This document shows, in pieces, positions 10,513 through 22,356 of a DNA stretch of 64,000 nucleotides (its first letter is position 1; each line of letters begins with the position of its first letter). Below the pieces are notes generated by a model, which worked only from the letters and a program-made list of their open reading frames with translations, was not told where the DNA came from and searched no databases. The translations under genes and the position numbers were made by a program. The stretch comes from an uncultured Phycisphaerales bacterium. GTDB lineage: Bacteria > Planctomycetota > Phycisphaerae > Tepidisphaerales > Tepidisphaeraceae. Location of the stretch: NCBI GenBank assembly GCA_963844715.1, contig CAWJPJ010000008.1, positions 894,515-958,514 on the forward strand, in the 5' to 3' direction.

Positions 10513-13500
10513 TGACTTGACTGGTTCAAATCATTCTTGCCGGCGTTCTCCGGCCATCGGTGTTGTATTGGCATGGGTCTGCTTTGTTACTGCTTCTACG
10601 GCGCCCTTCTTGCAAAGTCGCGCGATTGCAGCAGCCGGCGGCGGGCCTGAGTGGTCGCCCTGCGAGCCGGCCATTAGTTCCTATCCGCCATTCGGATGGT
10701 GGGGCCCGGGTGGTGGGAATTGTGGGAACGGGTGCTGCGTGGGGAGTGGCGGCGGGGGGGGTGGCGGGGCCGGTGGCGGCACTGCGGGGCCTTTGTCGGC
10801 GAATCCGATCAAATACTCATCTGGGCAAATAATCCTGACTCGCGATGACATTCCCAGTCCATTTGGGGGACCCTTTGGACTGTCGATGACCTATGACAAT
10901 CAAGGCACCGATAGCCCATATCGAAGTGACCCTCATTTAATCACCTACCAAGGCCCATGCGGAGCGGATTGGTATCCGAGCTCATTTCCGACGATTGCGC
11001 GCGATAGCGGTGACATTGGGCTTGACGGCTCAACCGTGTGGTACCGGCAGCATTACTGCGTCGAGGTGCACGCGAATCAGGGCGTCCTACTGATGCCAAA
11101 TCCCATGCGCCGTGCAGTCGCCTTCTGGAATTTGGTTCAACATGTGGACGCCAAAGCTCGCTCTTCCGGGAGTACAGATTTCAGTCGACTGGGACGAGCC
11201 GCATTCCCAAATCGTCTACAAGGAGGTAACCCCGGAGAAAACGACAGTTTGGAAATTCAACGATTTTCAGCAACCATCAAATCCGAAGGGGACCTTCTTA
11301 TCCTATTCCGATTCCACGGGGATCTCGTACTCAGTCGCGAGTTACAACTACGGGATCCCCCAGGAGCTGATCGCAAGCTATACGAGCCCCGATGGCTCGA
11401 AAACGATCTACTATTCGCTGTACTTCACCATGACCACCGATGGAACGATGCGCGTGGCGAACATTACCCTCAGTTCCTCGCCTGACACGAGCACGTGGAC
11501 GCCGATCAGGTCGGTGAACTATTCCTATTATAAGGATGGAGATACGACCCACGGAATGCAGCAAGATTTGGAATACGCCACGATTTGCGACGGATTGAAT
11601 CGTCCGATCGATACCTACTACTATCGTTATTACACGTCCGGAGCGTATTTAGGGTATGGCACCGGTCCTGGATATGTGGGCTCCATAAAGTTTGTGTTGA
11701 ATCCTCGTTCGTACGCCCGTCTCGTCGCCGCTTACCCAAGTACAAATATCGACACATTGTCGGATACCACGGTTCAGCAATACGCAGACATGTATTTCTC
11801 CTACGACAATCAAGCTCGGGTCGTACAGGAACAAGTGCAGGGAACCAGTTGTTCGTGCGGCGGTGGCAGCAGCGAGATCGGAATCTTCAACTACACCTAC
11901 ACGATCAACACAAACTCGGGTTATTCGGATGGATACAACACGTGGAAATATAAGACCGTCGAGACTCTTCCCGACAACGCAACCGCGAATACGCTTTACT
12001 TCAATTATCAAGGCCAACTGATGTTGAAGGTGTTTTCGTCAGGGGGCCAGAATTGGGCCACCTATAACCAATATGACAGCAACGGAAATCTGATAATGGA
12101 AGCTGAGCCCTCGGCGGTGGTAGACCCAACGAAATCCCCGTACAGCGACACATACGATGCGCACTTTGATCTGCTCGACAAGCAGACCAGCGGTGCTTAC
12201 CAGTATCTCAATCAGAATTCGGGCCTAATTCACATTTATGATTACTGCACCTCCACCACACCATCTGCGGGTCCGACGACACCGGGCACTGTGCTCGGCT
12301 ATCTCGAAGATGAACAGGTGCAGCAGGGGCAGCAAGGGTCGCCCATTGAGGTTCGAAGCCAGTTGTACTTTGCGCACCCCTCGGACTTGGCGACTGCCAA
12401 CGACGGCCAAGGGCCGCCGGCCTATCCAATCGCCAGTAAAACCGAATATAACAGTGCCTCACCAAGTGGGAGCGGCGGTCAGGTGACTACCTATTGGTAC
12501 ACGTGGCAAACGCTGGGCGGTTTGAATACCACTATGCCGGCCACCAGGAGCACCACGAGGCCCACAATTTCATCGGCCGAAAACGGTCCCGGCACGAGCG
12601 ACATTTCAACAGAAGTCTACGATACGAATGGCTTAGTCGAATGGACCCAAGACCCCGACGGGCATCTGAATTTCCTTGCGCACGACCTTGGAACGCGAGC
12701 CGTAGTCACGCAAATCATCGACGTAAACACCAGCAGCGGAACTCAGCCCAGCGACTATGTTGCGCCGCCGACATCGCTAGGATGGAGCACGTCCAGCGGA
12801 CTGAATCTGGTTACATCAATGACTGTGGATGGTCTGGGAAGAACTACAAGCATTACGGATCCAAACGAAAACACGACGTACACAGTTTATAACGACTACC
12901 AGCAGAACGACGGAACTGTCTACGAAGTGCGCAATTATCCTGGCTGGAGCAGCGGTCAGACTACCGGGCCCGTGCGAGTCCAGAAGGAAATTCGTCCGAC
13001 CAGTTATGCATCCACTTACAACAACACAGCGGTGCTTCTTGAATCTTTAACCATGGCGCCGTCAAGCCCTACCACGAGTGGCGGCATACCTACCGGACAA
13101 GAGGGAATATCAAACGTGCAGGCGCTTTTGCGCCAAATCATGGATCAATACGCCAACAGGCCTGTTTACGCGGATCAATACTACAGTTTTGCCAGCGGCG
13201 GAAGCACGCTTTCATACAGTACGTCACCGACAATCGGCGTACAGGACACAAACTACTATCGTACTAGCTACTATTACGACGCTCTCGGCAGGCGCTATAA
13301 GAGCGTCAGCGATTCGGGCACGATAACAAATCGCGCGATTGATCCTATGGGGCGCACGACGAGCATTTGGATCGGCACCAACGACTCAGGCTGGACTGAG
13401 GCGAGTGGCAACAGCGGTTCATCAAACATGACGATGGTTTCGTCCAGCCAGTATGACGGGGGCGGCGTCGGCGACAGTACGCTCACCCAAATTACAAACT

Positions 13501-16500
13501 ATGTCGACTCGACTTCCTCCGACAATCGAGTCACTCAAAACTGGTACGATTGGCGAGATCGCCTGGTTGGGAGCAAGCTTGGCGTCGCGTCGAGCGAATC
13601 CGACGGAACTCATCGGCCGATCACGTTTAATGTACTGGACAATCTCGGTCGGATTATCGAACGCGATCGCTATGATGGAGACGGGTGGACTCCAACCGTT
13701 TCCAGTGGTGCGGTGAGCATCCCGTCGGGAGATACTGGAAATCTCCGCAGTAAAGTCGTCGTTGCCCACGATGATCAGAATAGGGTATATCAGACAGAAC
13801 AGTACAGTGTCGATCAATCGAGCGGAGCCGTTTCCTCGACGGCGCTGGTGTCAAATGTGTTCTACGACCACCGCGGGAACCTCATCGAGACGTCCAATCC
13901 AGGTGGGCTGGTTACCAAGTCGGTCTTTGACGGCGCGGGTCGCATCATCCGAGGGTATAAAACCGACGGAGGAAGCGGGTCCGGGTGGTCTAACGCATCG
14001 GTTGTCAGCGGGGACAATATTCTGGAGGAAAAGCTCAGCCAGTACGACGGGGATGGGAACGTCCTCTTGGCAACGACCGAACAGCACTTCCACAACGACA
14101 CCAATACGGGTGAGCTTGGCAATATAACAACAACGCCGCTTGCGCGCATTAGCTACGTCGCGAACTATTACGACGCAGCCAATCGTCTTATCGACAGTGC
14201 CAACATCGGTACCAACGGCGGCAGCGCTTACACATATTCATCTTCGATCCCGGCGCGATCGAACACGGTGCTTGTGACTACTTACGCCTTCAATGCCGCG
14301 GGCTGGACCTCGACGGTAACTGATCCACGCGGAATTAAGACGGCCAATGTCTACGACAACATGGGCAGGGTAACGCAGAAAGTCGAAAACTACGACGGCA
14401 CCACTTCTCTGCCTCTATCGGCGTCGTCTGTGGGCACGTCCGGCAACCGCGCCACGAACTGGACGTATGACCAGCTTGGGCACGTTCTGACGATAACGGC
14501 GGTCATGCCGACGGGGACCAACAGCCAGACCACGCAGTATAACTACGACGTGACTACCACCGGCGGGAGTACGATTAATTCCAATGACCTTCTGGCTTCG
14601 GTGCAGTACCCGGACACCAGCACCGGAAGCGCCGGTTCCGGATCTACAAATTCGCAGACCTTCACATACAACGCCCAGGGTCAGCAGCTGACCTTTACGG
14701 ACCAGAACGGATCAGTACACACGTACTCCTATGACCTCCTGGGCAGAAGGACAGTGGATTCGGTCGGGACCCTTGGAAGCGGGGTGGACGGCAGTATCGT
14801 TGCCCAAACGATGAGCTACGATACCGGCGGCAGGCCGTATCAGTTGACCAGCTATTCCAATATCGACCTGGCCAGTTCCCACATCGTGAACCAGGTGGAG
14901 GACGTGTATAATGGCCTCGGTCAATTGACCAATGAATACCAGGAGCACGGCGGGGCTGTAAACACCTCTTCCAGCTTGCAGGTTAAGTATGCCTGGAACC
15001 TCATGTCCAGTGGCGCCAACAACAGCCGGCTAAACACAGTGACCTATCCAAATGGTCGGGTACTTCATTACTACTGCGGTCTTCACGCCACTGGACAACG
15101 CGATCAGCCGGGTGGATTTGCTTTCGGATGACGATGGGTCAGGCGGGATCGGCACCGGCCTGGAGCAATACAGTTACCTGGGCTTAAACACGATTGCCGA
15201 GCGGGATCATTACGAGATTGGGGTGGGTCTTACGTATATCAGCCAGACTGGAAGCACAGGAGATGCGGGGGACCCGTACATTGGGCTGGACCGGTTCGGA
15301 AGAGTGGTGGATCAAAACTGGTGGTACAACAACGAGGGGACCACATATAGCACGGACCGGTTCCAGTACGGGTATGACCCGGGCGGAAACGCGCGTTTTC
15401 AAAAATAACACGGTCGTTTCCGCATTGAGCGAATTGTATCACCAGAACAGCTCCTCGAGCGGTGATGATGCAACCGCGTACGACAGTATCAACCGGCTGG
15501 TTGGGTTTGCGAGGGGTGCGCTGTCGGCGTCGAGTCACAACGGCGGGGTTCTGGACACGGTAGCGTCGCCGTCGACTTCTTCGAAATGGAACTTGGACAC
15601 CCTGGGAAACTGGGTGGGCGATGGTTCGTCTTCCACGAGCACGACGATCGCTGGGGTGAAACTGAATCGAGGCTACAACTGCAAAAATGAATTAACAGCC
15701 GCCCAGAGCGCCACTCTGGCTTTCGATAATAATGGCAATACGACAGCGGATCAGAATGGCAACACCTACGTCTACGATGTCTGGAACCGATGCGTAATCG
15801 TGAAGAACTCCGGCGGGACAACCATCGCAAGTTACAGTTACGATCCGCACGGTTGGCGAGTGGCGGAATCTCACGGGTCAACCACAACGAATTGCTATTT
15901 CTCCAAGGACTGGCAGGTGCTGGAGGAGAGACAGGGCACGACCGTTGAGGACCAATATGTTTGGAGCCTCGCTTACGTCGATGGCCTCGTGCTAAGAGAT
16001 GACCAGTTCACGGGCGGCGGTTATCGGCGGCTCTACGTTCAGCAGGACGCCAACTGGAACGTTACCGCGGTCACGGACGACAACGCGACGATGCTCGAAC
16101 GGTTTGTGTACGACCCGTACGGAAATGTCACGGTGCTTAACGCTGCGGGTACGAGCGCGGTGACAGATGCGTATGATTGGATGTACCTCCATCAAGGAGG
16201 TCGCCTTGACCCCGTGACAGGATTGTACAACTTCGACCACCGGGATTACGGTCCGGGGCTGGGCCGATGGTATGAGCAGGATCCCATTGGCTGCATCGCC
16301 ATGATGACTGCGGTTACAGATGCGTATAGGTGGCAGTACCTTCATCAGGGGGCAAGGCTGGATGCAGCGACGAACAACTACATCTTCCGGCACCGGGATG
16401 TTTTACCAATGCTCGGGAGATGGGCGGAGCAGGAGCCGTTCGGGGCGAAGTACGTTGACGGGATGAACCTTTATCTATTTGAAAGTAGCAATCCCGCCAC

Positions 16501-16744
16501 GAAACTTGATCCTTTGGGGCTTTACGATATCAACGACTGCGAGCACGACTGCGACCAAGTTGCGAAAAAACTACCCCAAGGTATGCGGGCGGCGTATCTG
16601 AATGGTTGCTACAAATGCTGTGGCGAAGCCGGCACCTCGAAGGAGATGCAGGATTGTGCAAAAAAACCGCACTGCGATGGGGGTGTCGGAATTGAGCCCC
16701 CACCCGAACCCCCGGAGATGGCGGCACCCGGTGCGGCACGATGA
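10490..16744 (+). CDS. Large RHS/YD-repeat polymorphic toxin with N-terminal hydrophobic signal and Cys-rich C-terminal tip, frameshifted
   Basis: NPIKYSSG start of the RHS N-region; many YD repeats in 11112-15131; LDRFGRVVDQ; core end ERFVYDPYG...GRWxxQDP...MNLY...NP...DPLGL. Confidence 0.88.
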
Positions 16745-16830
16745 ACTGACAACTCGGTACGATACTTGGCCTATTTGCAGGAGCCGATATGTCCATTGGA
16801 TTCGCAGTACGCGTGAAGCCCAAGAAACGG

Positions 16831-17467
16831 ATGGATCGCATTTTTGTAGGAATCGACCCGTTGCTGAAGAGGTGCGGCATCTGCGCATTAGGAGCGATGG
16901 CAGCGTTTAGCGTCGCGTCCTGCTGTGGCCATCACGACCTTATCGGCGCAAACAGCGGCTCCAGAACTCAAGAACGCGATATGGCGATGAGTCCCATTGC
17001 CCAAGCCGCAGCACAAGGCGACACGGCACGCGTCAAGAGGTTGTTGGACGAAGGGGACAAGTTGAGCGATCAAACGTTTGGCGCAAAATGACGCTGCTCT
17101 CCGCGGCGGCGAGTGGTGGCCATGTCGAAACCGTTTCTTATTTGCTTGGGTTGGGTTTAAATCCAAATATTCCGGACCGGACTGGATCGACGGCGTTGCA
17201 TTTCGCCGTGCTCGCGGACTCGCCTGAGACGGTTAATGTATTGTTGCGCACGGCGCGAATCCTAACGCGCCAAATTTGGACGGAGATACATCGCTCCACT
17301 CCGCCGCGGTTGCGGGGAGTCTTATTGAAGCACGGATGCTTCTCGCGCACGGTGCTGACCCGCACGTAAAGGATCTGCAAGGTGAGACTGCCGCTGATAC
17401 CGCAAAGAGGGAGGGTCACCCGGAAGTGGCTGACTATATCGCACGCGCTATGGAACGTGGGGGGTAA
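16831..17467 (+). CDS. Ankyrin-repeat protein, probable lipoprotein and cognate RHS immunity, frameshifted
   Basis: TLLSAAASGGH, GSTALHFA, GDTSLHSAA and GETAADTA ankyrin repeats; hydrophobic stretch ending VAS-C lipobox; directly downstream of the RHS tip. Confidence 0.75.
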
Positions 17468-17487
17468 TCGATTGGCGGCAAAGCTCG

Positions 17488-17802
17488 ACGACGACGGACC
17501 TTTACTACTCCAATCAATGGCAAGTGTTGGAAGAGCGGCAGGGTTCAACGAGTACCGCAACCGTTTTGGACCTATACATCTCGAGCATTGCCTACGTGGA
17601 TGGGCTGGTTCTCCGTGACAGCGGCTCCGGCCTGGGTACTCGGATCTATGCGCTGCAAGATGCCGATTGGAATACGACAGGGCTGATTGACACCAACGCC
17701 AATATGTTAGAGCGGTTTGTCTACGATCCATATGGGAAAAAGACCGTCCTCAATGCGGCTGGGACCAGCATAGTAGCGGATGCCTACAACTGGCCGTATT
17801 TG
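17488..17802 (+). pseudogene. Orphan RHS core fragment, truncated
   Basis: YYSNQWQVLEERQ...YVDGLVLRD...QDADWN...ERFVYDPYG...DAYNWPYL, homologous to ~15880-16190; no start; ends at an IS66-like terminus. Confidence 0.8.
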
Positions 17803-17870
17803 GTGAGCGCTATCTGAACCCCATCTATTTTCTTTCGCGCAGGTCTGGAGAGACTGGCGGGATGAACCAG
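17803..17870 (+). mobile_element. Relic left end of a second IS66-family element
   Basis: GTGAGCGCTATCTGAACCCCATC matches the IS66 IRL at 17/23 positions and is followed, like the real IRL, by a T-rich tract and then ATGAAC. Confidence 0.65.
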
Positions 17871-18224
17871 AACGATTCTGCGGATTTGGAATCAGATGCG
17901 AAGCCAGCCAAGGAGGATGCCTCAGGGCGCCATGACCAACCTCCCGCCCAAACGGCGCGGAATCACATTGCTCCCAGCGAGCACAGAGCCCACCGGGGAA
18001 CTGCGATGATCGCATGAATTCTCTTCATATAACTTCTCTTTACGCGCGGTTAGCCAGGCGCTTCAGATGGTGCAGGATAGCTGGTCCATTCGTGGAACTT
18101 CCGCCTGCCGAACCGACCAGTTCCGTCGGCCCTGGAGCGCCGTTCACGCGGCTGCGGCATAAGAGCCGACAGCTTGAAGACTGTCGTGGAAACCAATGGA
18201 GAAATAGCAGTTACGGCATGAAAG

Positions 18225-18241
18225 ATCAAGTAATACTTGAT
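18225..18241. promoter_or_regulatory. Palindrome upstream of abiEi, candidate autoregulatory operator
   Basis: ATCAAGTA-A-TACTTGAT perfect inverted repeat ~35 bp before the start; also present in copy 2 (~40739-40755). Confidence 0.5.
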
Positions 18242-18276
18242 TTTGTCTGCCTAAACATGCAACAATACCTCAGTTT

Positions 18277-19099
18277 ATGTCGATGGAACAAAGTATGAGG
18301 CCAAGTCACTTCTTTGCCCAGCACGCTGTCTTCTCCGCGGCGGAGTTCGCCCATGCTCACAAGGGTACCGCCGTCAGCCGCGATTCCACGTTGGCGTATC
18401 ACGAGAAGCATGGACATCTGCTGCGCATGCGCCGTGGGCTTTACGTCACCGTCCCACCGGGCACATCCCCACAGAAGGTCGCCGTCGATTCTTACGCCTT
18501 GACCGCCCGGCTCGCGCGCCGATGCGGTTCTCGGCTATCACACCGCACTAGCCTTCCACGGCAAGGCTTATTCGGTCCATCAGCGCTTCGAATACCTGAC
18601 TGCCACCGCATCGCGCCCGTTCCGCTTCCGCGGACAGGAATTCCGGCCGGTCCAATTTCCTAAAGCACTGCGTGAGGCGGGGAAAACACTGTGGGGCGTG
18701 AAGACCGCCGAACGCAGCGGCGTGGATCTCCGCGTCACTTCCCTGGAGCGCACATTCGTCGATGTTCTGGATCGCCCGGACCTCAGCGGCGGATGGGAGG
18801 AGGCATGGCGATCGCTGGCTTCCGTCGAATTCTTCGACCTTGACCGTGTCTTGGAATATACGGTGTTGCTCGGCAGCGCCACGATCGCCGCCAAGGTGGG
18901 ACTGTTCCTTTCTCAGCACCGGGAGAAACTGACCGTCGAGGAATCCCATCTTGCAACTTTGCGAAAACGGAAGCCTCGCGCCCCGCATTATCTGGAGCCG
19001 GCGCAACGCGGCAACGGCGACGACACGAAATTGGTCAGTGAGTGGAATTTGATCGTACCCAGGGCGATGGTCGAGCGCGCGTGGGAGCAAGTCGCATGA
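18277..19099 (+). CDS. abiEi: Type IV TA antitoxin AbiEi (copy 1, one frameshift at ~18515)
   Basis: wHTH LLRMRRGLY, LGYHTAL.FHG and VTSLERTFVDVLDRPDLSGG; intact in copy 2. Confidence 0.8.
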
Positions 19100-19560
19100 C
19101 CATTTCACAAAAGCGACTCATGGCCGAGGCGACCGCCACCGGCTTTCGTCCCGAGATTCTGGAGAAGGTCATCCACCTTCTGAATCTGCTGGAGAATTTC
19201 CGCGCGCATCCATTCCTCAATAATCGCTTCGCACTCAAAGGAGGAACTGCTCTCAATCTTTTCTTATTCAACGTGCCACGGCTCTCCGTTGACATCGACC
19301 TGAACTACATCGGCAGCGCGAATCGCGACATCATGCTGGAGGAGAAACCGAAGTTGGAGAAGGCTTTGACCGATGTTTTCGCGCGCGAGGGTTTCACGGT
19401 CACACGACAGCCTGCCGAACACGCTGGCGGCAAGTGGCGGCTTGGCTATCCGAGTGTCGTCACCGCCGGAGGAAATCTCGAAGTCGATGTGAATTTCATG
19501 CTTCGAATCCCACTCTGGGCGCCAATAGTCCAGAACTCCAAAGCCGTGGGCTCTTATTCC
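19096..19560 (+). pseudogene. abiEii: AbiEii nucleotidyltransferase toxin, 5' part, interrupted by IS66
   Basis: LKGGTALN...RLSVDIDL motif; joins in frame to 25279-25782 when the IS and one TSD are removed (969 nt). Confidence 0.85.
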
Positions 19561-19906
19561 GTGTCCGCTGGATAAACCGCATCCTACCCCGACGGATCGC
19601 TCACGATTCACCGGCCGCTGCGCTCAACGCGCGGAGAGCACTCAGTTTTTGCGTGAGATTAGTTCCTGCGTGGAGTTGGACGCGGCTTTTCTGGAATCGA
19701 GAAGTTCGGTTGCTCGCTGTTGCACTTCGTCGAGTGTCAAATTCTCGATTGGCGAAGAGATCCACCAGTCGTTGTCGGCCACGTCGGTTGTCAGCAGGCG
19801 CGCAAAACCGGCCACTGAGGGGCGCCACCAAAACCGGCCATTTTGAAGCACAGGAGATTCGATCATTACCGTTGGTTCCCGGTTCTAACCGGGAGACGAC
19901 GGCACG

Positions 19907-21439
19907 ATGGCGAATCAGCTCAAAATGGCGGAAGTTCAAGCAATTCTTTCACTTGCACGCAATGGTTGGTCCAACCGGCACATCGCCCGCCAGCTTGGCG
20001 TTCACCGCGAGACGGTTGGACGCCATCTCCGGCTGGCGGCGCGGGAAGATTCAAAACCGGCCAGCGCGCCCTCGGCTCGGAGGGCGCGCGCCACCGGGTT
20101 GGTCGGCGCCGCCAGCGCCTGGCGTGAAGTGATCGTTCAGAAGCTGGGCATGGGGCTGACCGCCCAGCGGATTTACCAGGACCTCTGCTCCGATCACGGT
20201 TATGCCGGCAGCTATTACAGTGTTCGCCGGCTGGTTGGGAAGTTGACCTCGGCGGCGCCAACGCCATTCCGGCGGATGGAGTGCGAGCCGGGCGCCGAGG
20301 CCCAGGTCGATTTTGGACGGGGCGCGCCCATCGTCGGTTCCGACGGCAAGAGGAGAAGCACCTGGGTCTTCCGCATCGTGCTGAGCCACAGCCGCAAGGG
20401 GTACGCCGAGGCGGTGCACCGTCAGACCACCGATGACTTTCTGCGTTGCCTGGAGAATGCGTTCGCGCACTTCGGCGGATTGCCGCGGACGCTGGTGATC
20501 GACAATCTTCGGGCGGCGGTGAAGCGGGCGGACTGGTTCGACCCGGAGTTGTGTCCCAAGGTCCGCTCGTTTGCCGAGCATTACGGAATCGCCATTCTGC
20601 CGACCAAGCCCTACACGCCCCGGCACAAGGGGAAGATCGAACGGGGCATCGGCTATGTGAAGGGCAACGCCCTCAAGGGACGGACCTTCAGTTCTCTGGC
20701 CGATCAGAACCAGCATCTTCAGGCCTGGGAAGCGACCGTCGCCGATACGCGCATCCATGGAACAACGCGCCGGCAGGTGAAGGAAGTGTTCCAGCAGGCG
20801 GAGCAGCCGGCGCTCTTGCCGTTGCCGGCGGCGAGATTCGATCTGTTTGCCGAAGCGTTGCGCAGCGTCAGCCGGGACGGACACGTGCAGGTCAAAGGCG
20901 CGTATTACTCGGTCCCACCGGAGTTTTTGGGCCGGCAGCTTTCGGCGCGCTGGGATGGGCGCCTGATCCGCTTGCTGGATCAGAAGATGCACCCCGTCGC
21001 GGTGCACGTGCAGCGTCCGCCGGGGACCTTCTCCACGCTGGATGCCCATATCCTGCCGGAGAAGATCAGCGGGATCGAAAAAGGAACGGCCTGGCTCCTG
21101 CGCCGGGTCGAATCCATCGGACCGCACGCCACGCAGTGGGCGCGGTCCATGCTCCAGAATCGCGGCATCGAGGGCGTGCGCGTGCTCCTGGGCCTTATGT
21201 CCCTGACGAACAAGCATTCCCGCCGCGTCATCGAGCAGGCCTGCCAAGTCGCCCAGGGGCATGGGGCGTATCACCTCCGTTCATTGCGCCAACTCCTCGA
21301 ACAACAGAATCCGCCCGCCCTTCAGCGGAACTTCGAGTTCGTCCAAGAACATCCGATCATCCGCGACCTGGGCGACTACGGCCGATTCGTGCGACAGGCC
21401 ATTACCCAACAACCACCTTCACAGGAGTCCATTCCATGA
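19907..21439 (+). CDS. istA: IS21 transposase IstA
   Basis: N-terminal HTH, EAQVDFG, VIDNLRAAV and KGKIERGI DDE motifs. Confidence 0.95.
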   Translation: MANQLKMAEVQAILSLARNGWSNRHIARQLGVHRETVGRHLRLAAREDSKPASAPSARRARATGLVGAASAWREVIVQKLGMGLTAQRIYQDLCSDHGYAGSYYSVRRLVGKLTSAAPTPFRRMECEPGAEAQVDFGRGAPIVGSDGKRRSTWVFRIVLSHSRKGYAEAVHRQTTDDFLRCLENAFAHFGGLPRTLVIDNLRAAVKRADWFDPELCPKVRSFAEHYGIAILPTKPYTPRHKGKIERGIGYVKGNALKGRTFSSLADQNQHLQAWEATVADTRIHGTTRRQVKEVFQQAEQPALLPLPAARFDLFAEALRSVSRDGHVQVKGAYYSVPPEFLGRQLSARWDGRLIRLLDQKMHPVAVHVQRPPGTFSTLDAHILPEKISGIEKGTAWLLRRVESIGPHATQWARSMLQNRGIEGVRVLLGLMSLTNKHSRRVIEQACQVAQGHGAYHLRSLRQLLEQQNPPALQRNFEFVQEHPIIRDLGDYGRFVRQAITQQPPSQESIP

Positions 21440-22356
21440 GACCTTCATTGTTACAGACGCTCAAACAGCTTCGGCTTTCGGGCCTGGCCCAGAGCCTTGA
21501 AGTCCGATTGAGCGAGGCGGCTGGCAATCGGCTCGATCACGCCGAGTTTTTGGAACTGATTCTCCAGGACGAACTGAACGTGCGGTCCAGCCGATTGGTG
21601 AGCCGCCGCGTCAAGGCCGCCCTGTTCGGCGAAGTCAAAAACCTCGACGAGTTCGACTTCTCCTTCAATCCCTCCATCAAACGCAAGCAGATCCACGACC
21701 TGGCCGGCTGTCAGTTCATCCGCGAAAAAGCCGACGTGCTTCTATTGGGCCCACCCGGCGTCGGCAAAACGTTCCTGGTCCAGGCCATCGGGCATCAGGC
21801 GATCAAAGCCGGACACCTGGTTCTGTACCGCTCCATCTTCGATCTGGCCCGCGACTTCCTCGGCGACGACGAACTCGGCCAGCAGGACAAAACGCTGAAT
21901 CGTTATCTCAAACCCGACCTGCTCATCATCGACGACATGGGAATGCGACAACTTCCGCGTCGCTCCGGCGAATGCCTGCTGGAGATCATCATGCGCCGCC
22001 ATGAGAACCGCTCGACGATGATGACCAGCAACCGGCCGCTGGAAGACTGGGCCAAGCTGATCGGCGACGTCCCGGCGGCCACGGCGATCCTCGACCGCTT
22101 CCTTCAGCACGCCACCCTCCTCAACATCACCGGCAAAAGTTATCGTTTGCGCCACGGCGGCACGGGGAGGCCGTGGAGGCGAAGCCTTCCACAAAGGCAA
22201 ATTCAAAAGGACGGCGGAGTACCGCCGACGATGGAGGGTGCTCCCCTCCGGAAGACACCGTGGCAGAAAGCACGGTCTCTTCTTGTGCTGGGGCGCCCGC
22301 CGATCAGGCGTCCTGATGCGCGGCTGATAACTCAACAGAAAGTTGCATGGAACTGA
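21436..22356 (+). CDS. istB: IS21 helper ATPase IstB
   Basis: MRPSLLQTLKQLRLSG start overlaps the istA stop; GPPGVGKT, LLIIDDMG, TSNRP, AILDR and GKSYR. Confidence 0.93.
   Translation: MRPSLLQTLKQLRLSGLAQSLEVRLSEAAGNRLDHAEFLELILQDELNVRSSRLVSRRVKAALFGEVKNLDEFDFSFNPSIKRKQIHDLAGCQFIREKADVLLLGPPGVGKTFLVQAIGHQAIKAGHLVLYRSIFDLARDFLGDDELGQQDKTLNRYLKPDLLIIDDMGMRQLPRRSGECLLEIIMRRHENRSTMMTSNRPLEDWAKLIGDVPAATAILDRFLQHATLLNITGKSYRLRHGGTGRPWRRSLPQRQIQKDGGVPPTMEGAPLRKTPWQKARSLLVLGRPPIRRPDARLITQQKVAWN

Noticed and set aside
17795..17802. TSD partner for the relic IS66 end (CGTATTTG)
   Set aside because: Matches at 10211 and 51550 have no adjacent IS end, and the near-match at ~25798 is imperfect; the relic's other end is not in the window.
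20446..22356. 636-aa ORF as a single protein
   Set aside because: Only the part from 21436 is IstB; the upstream part is an open alternative frame over istA.
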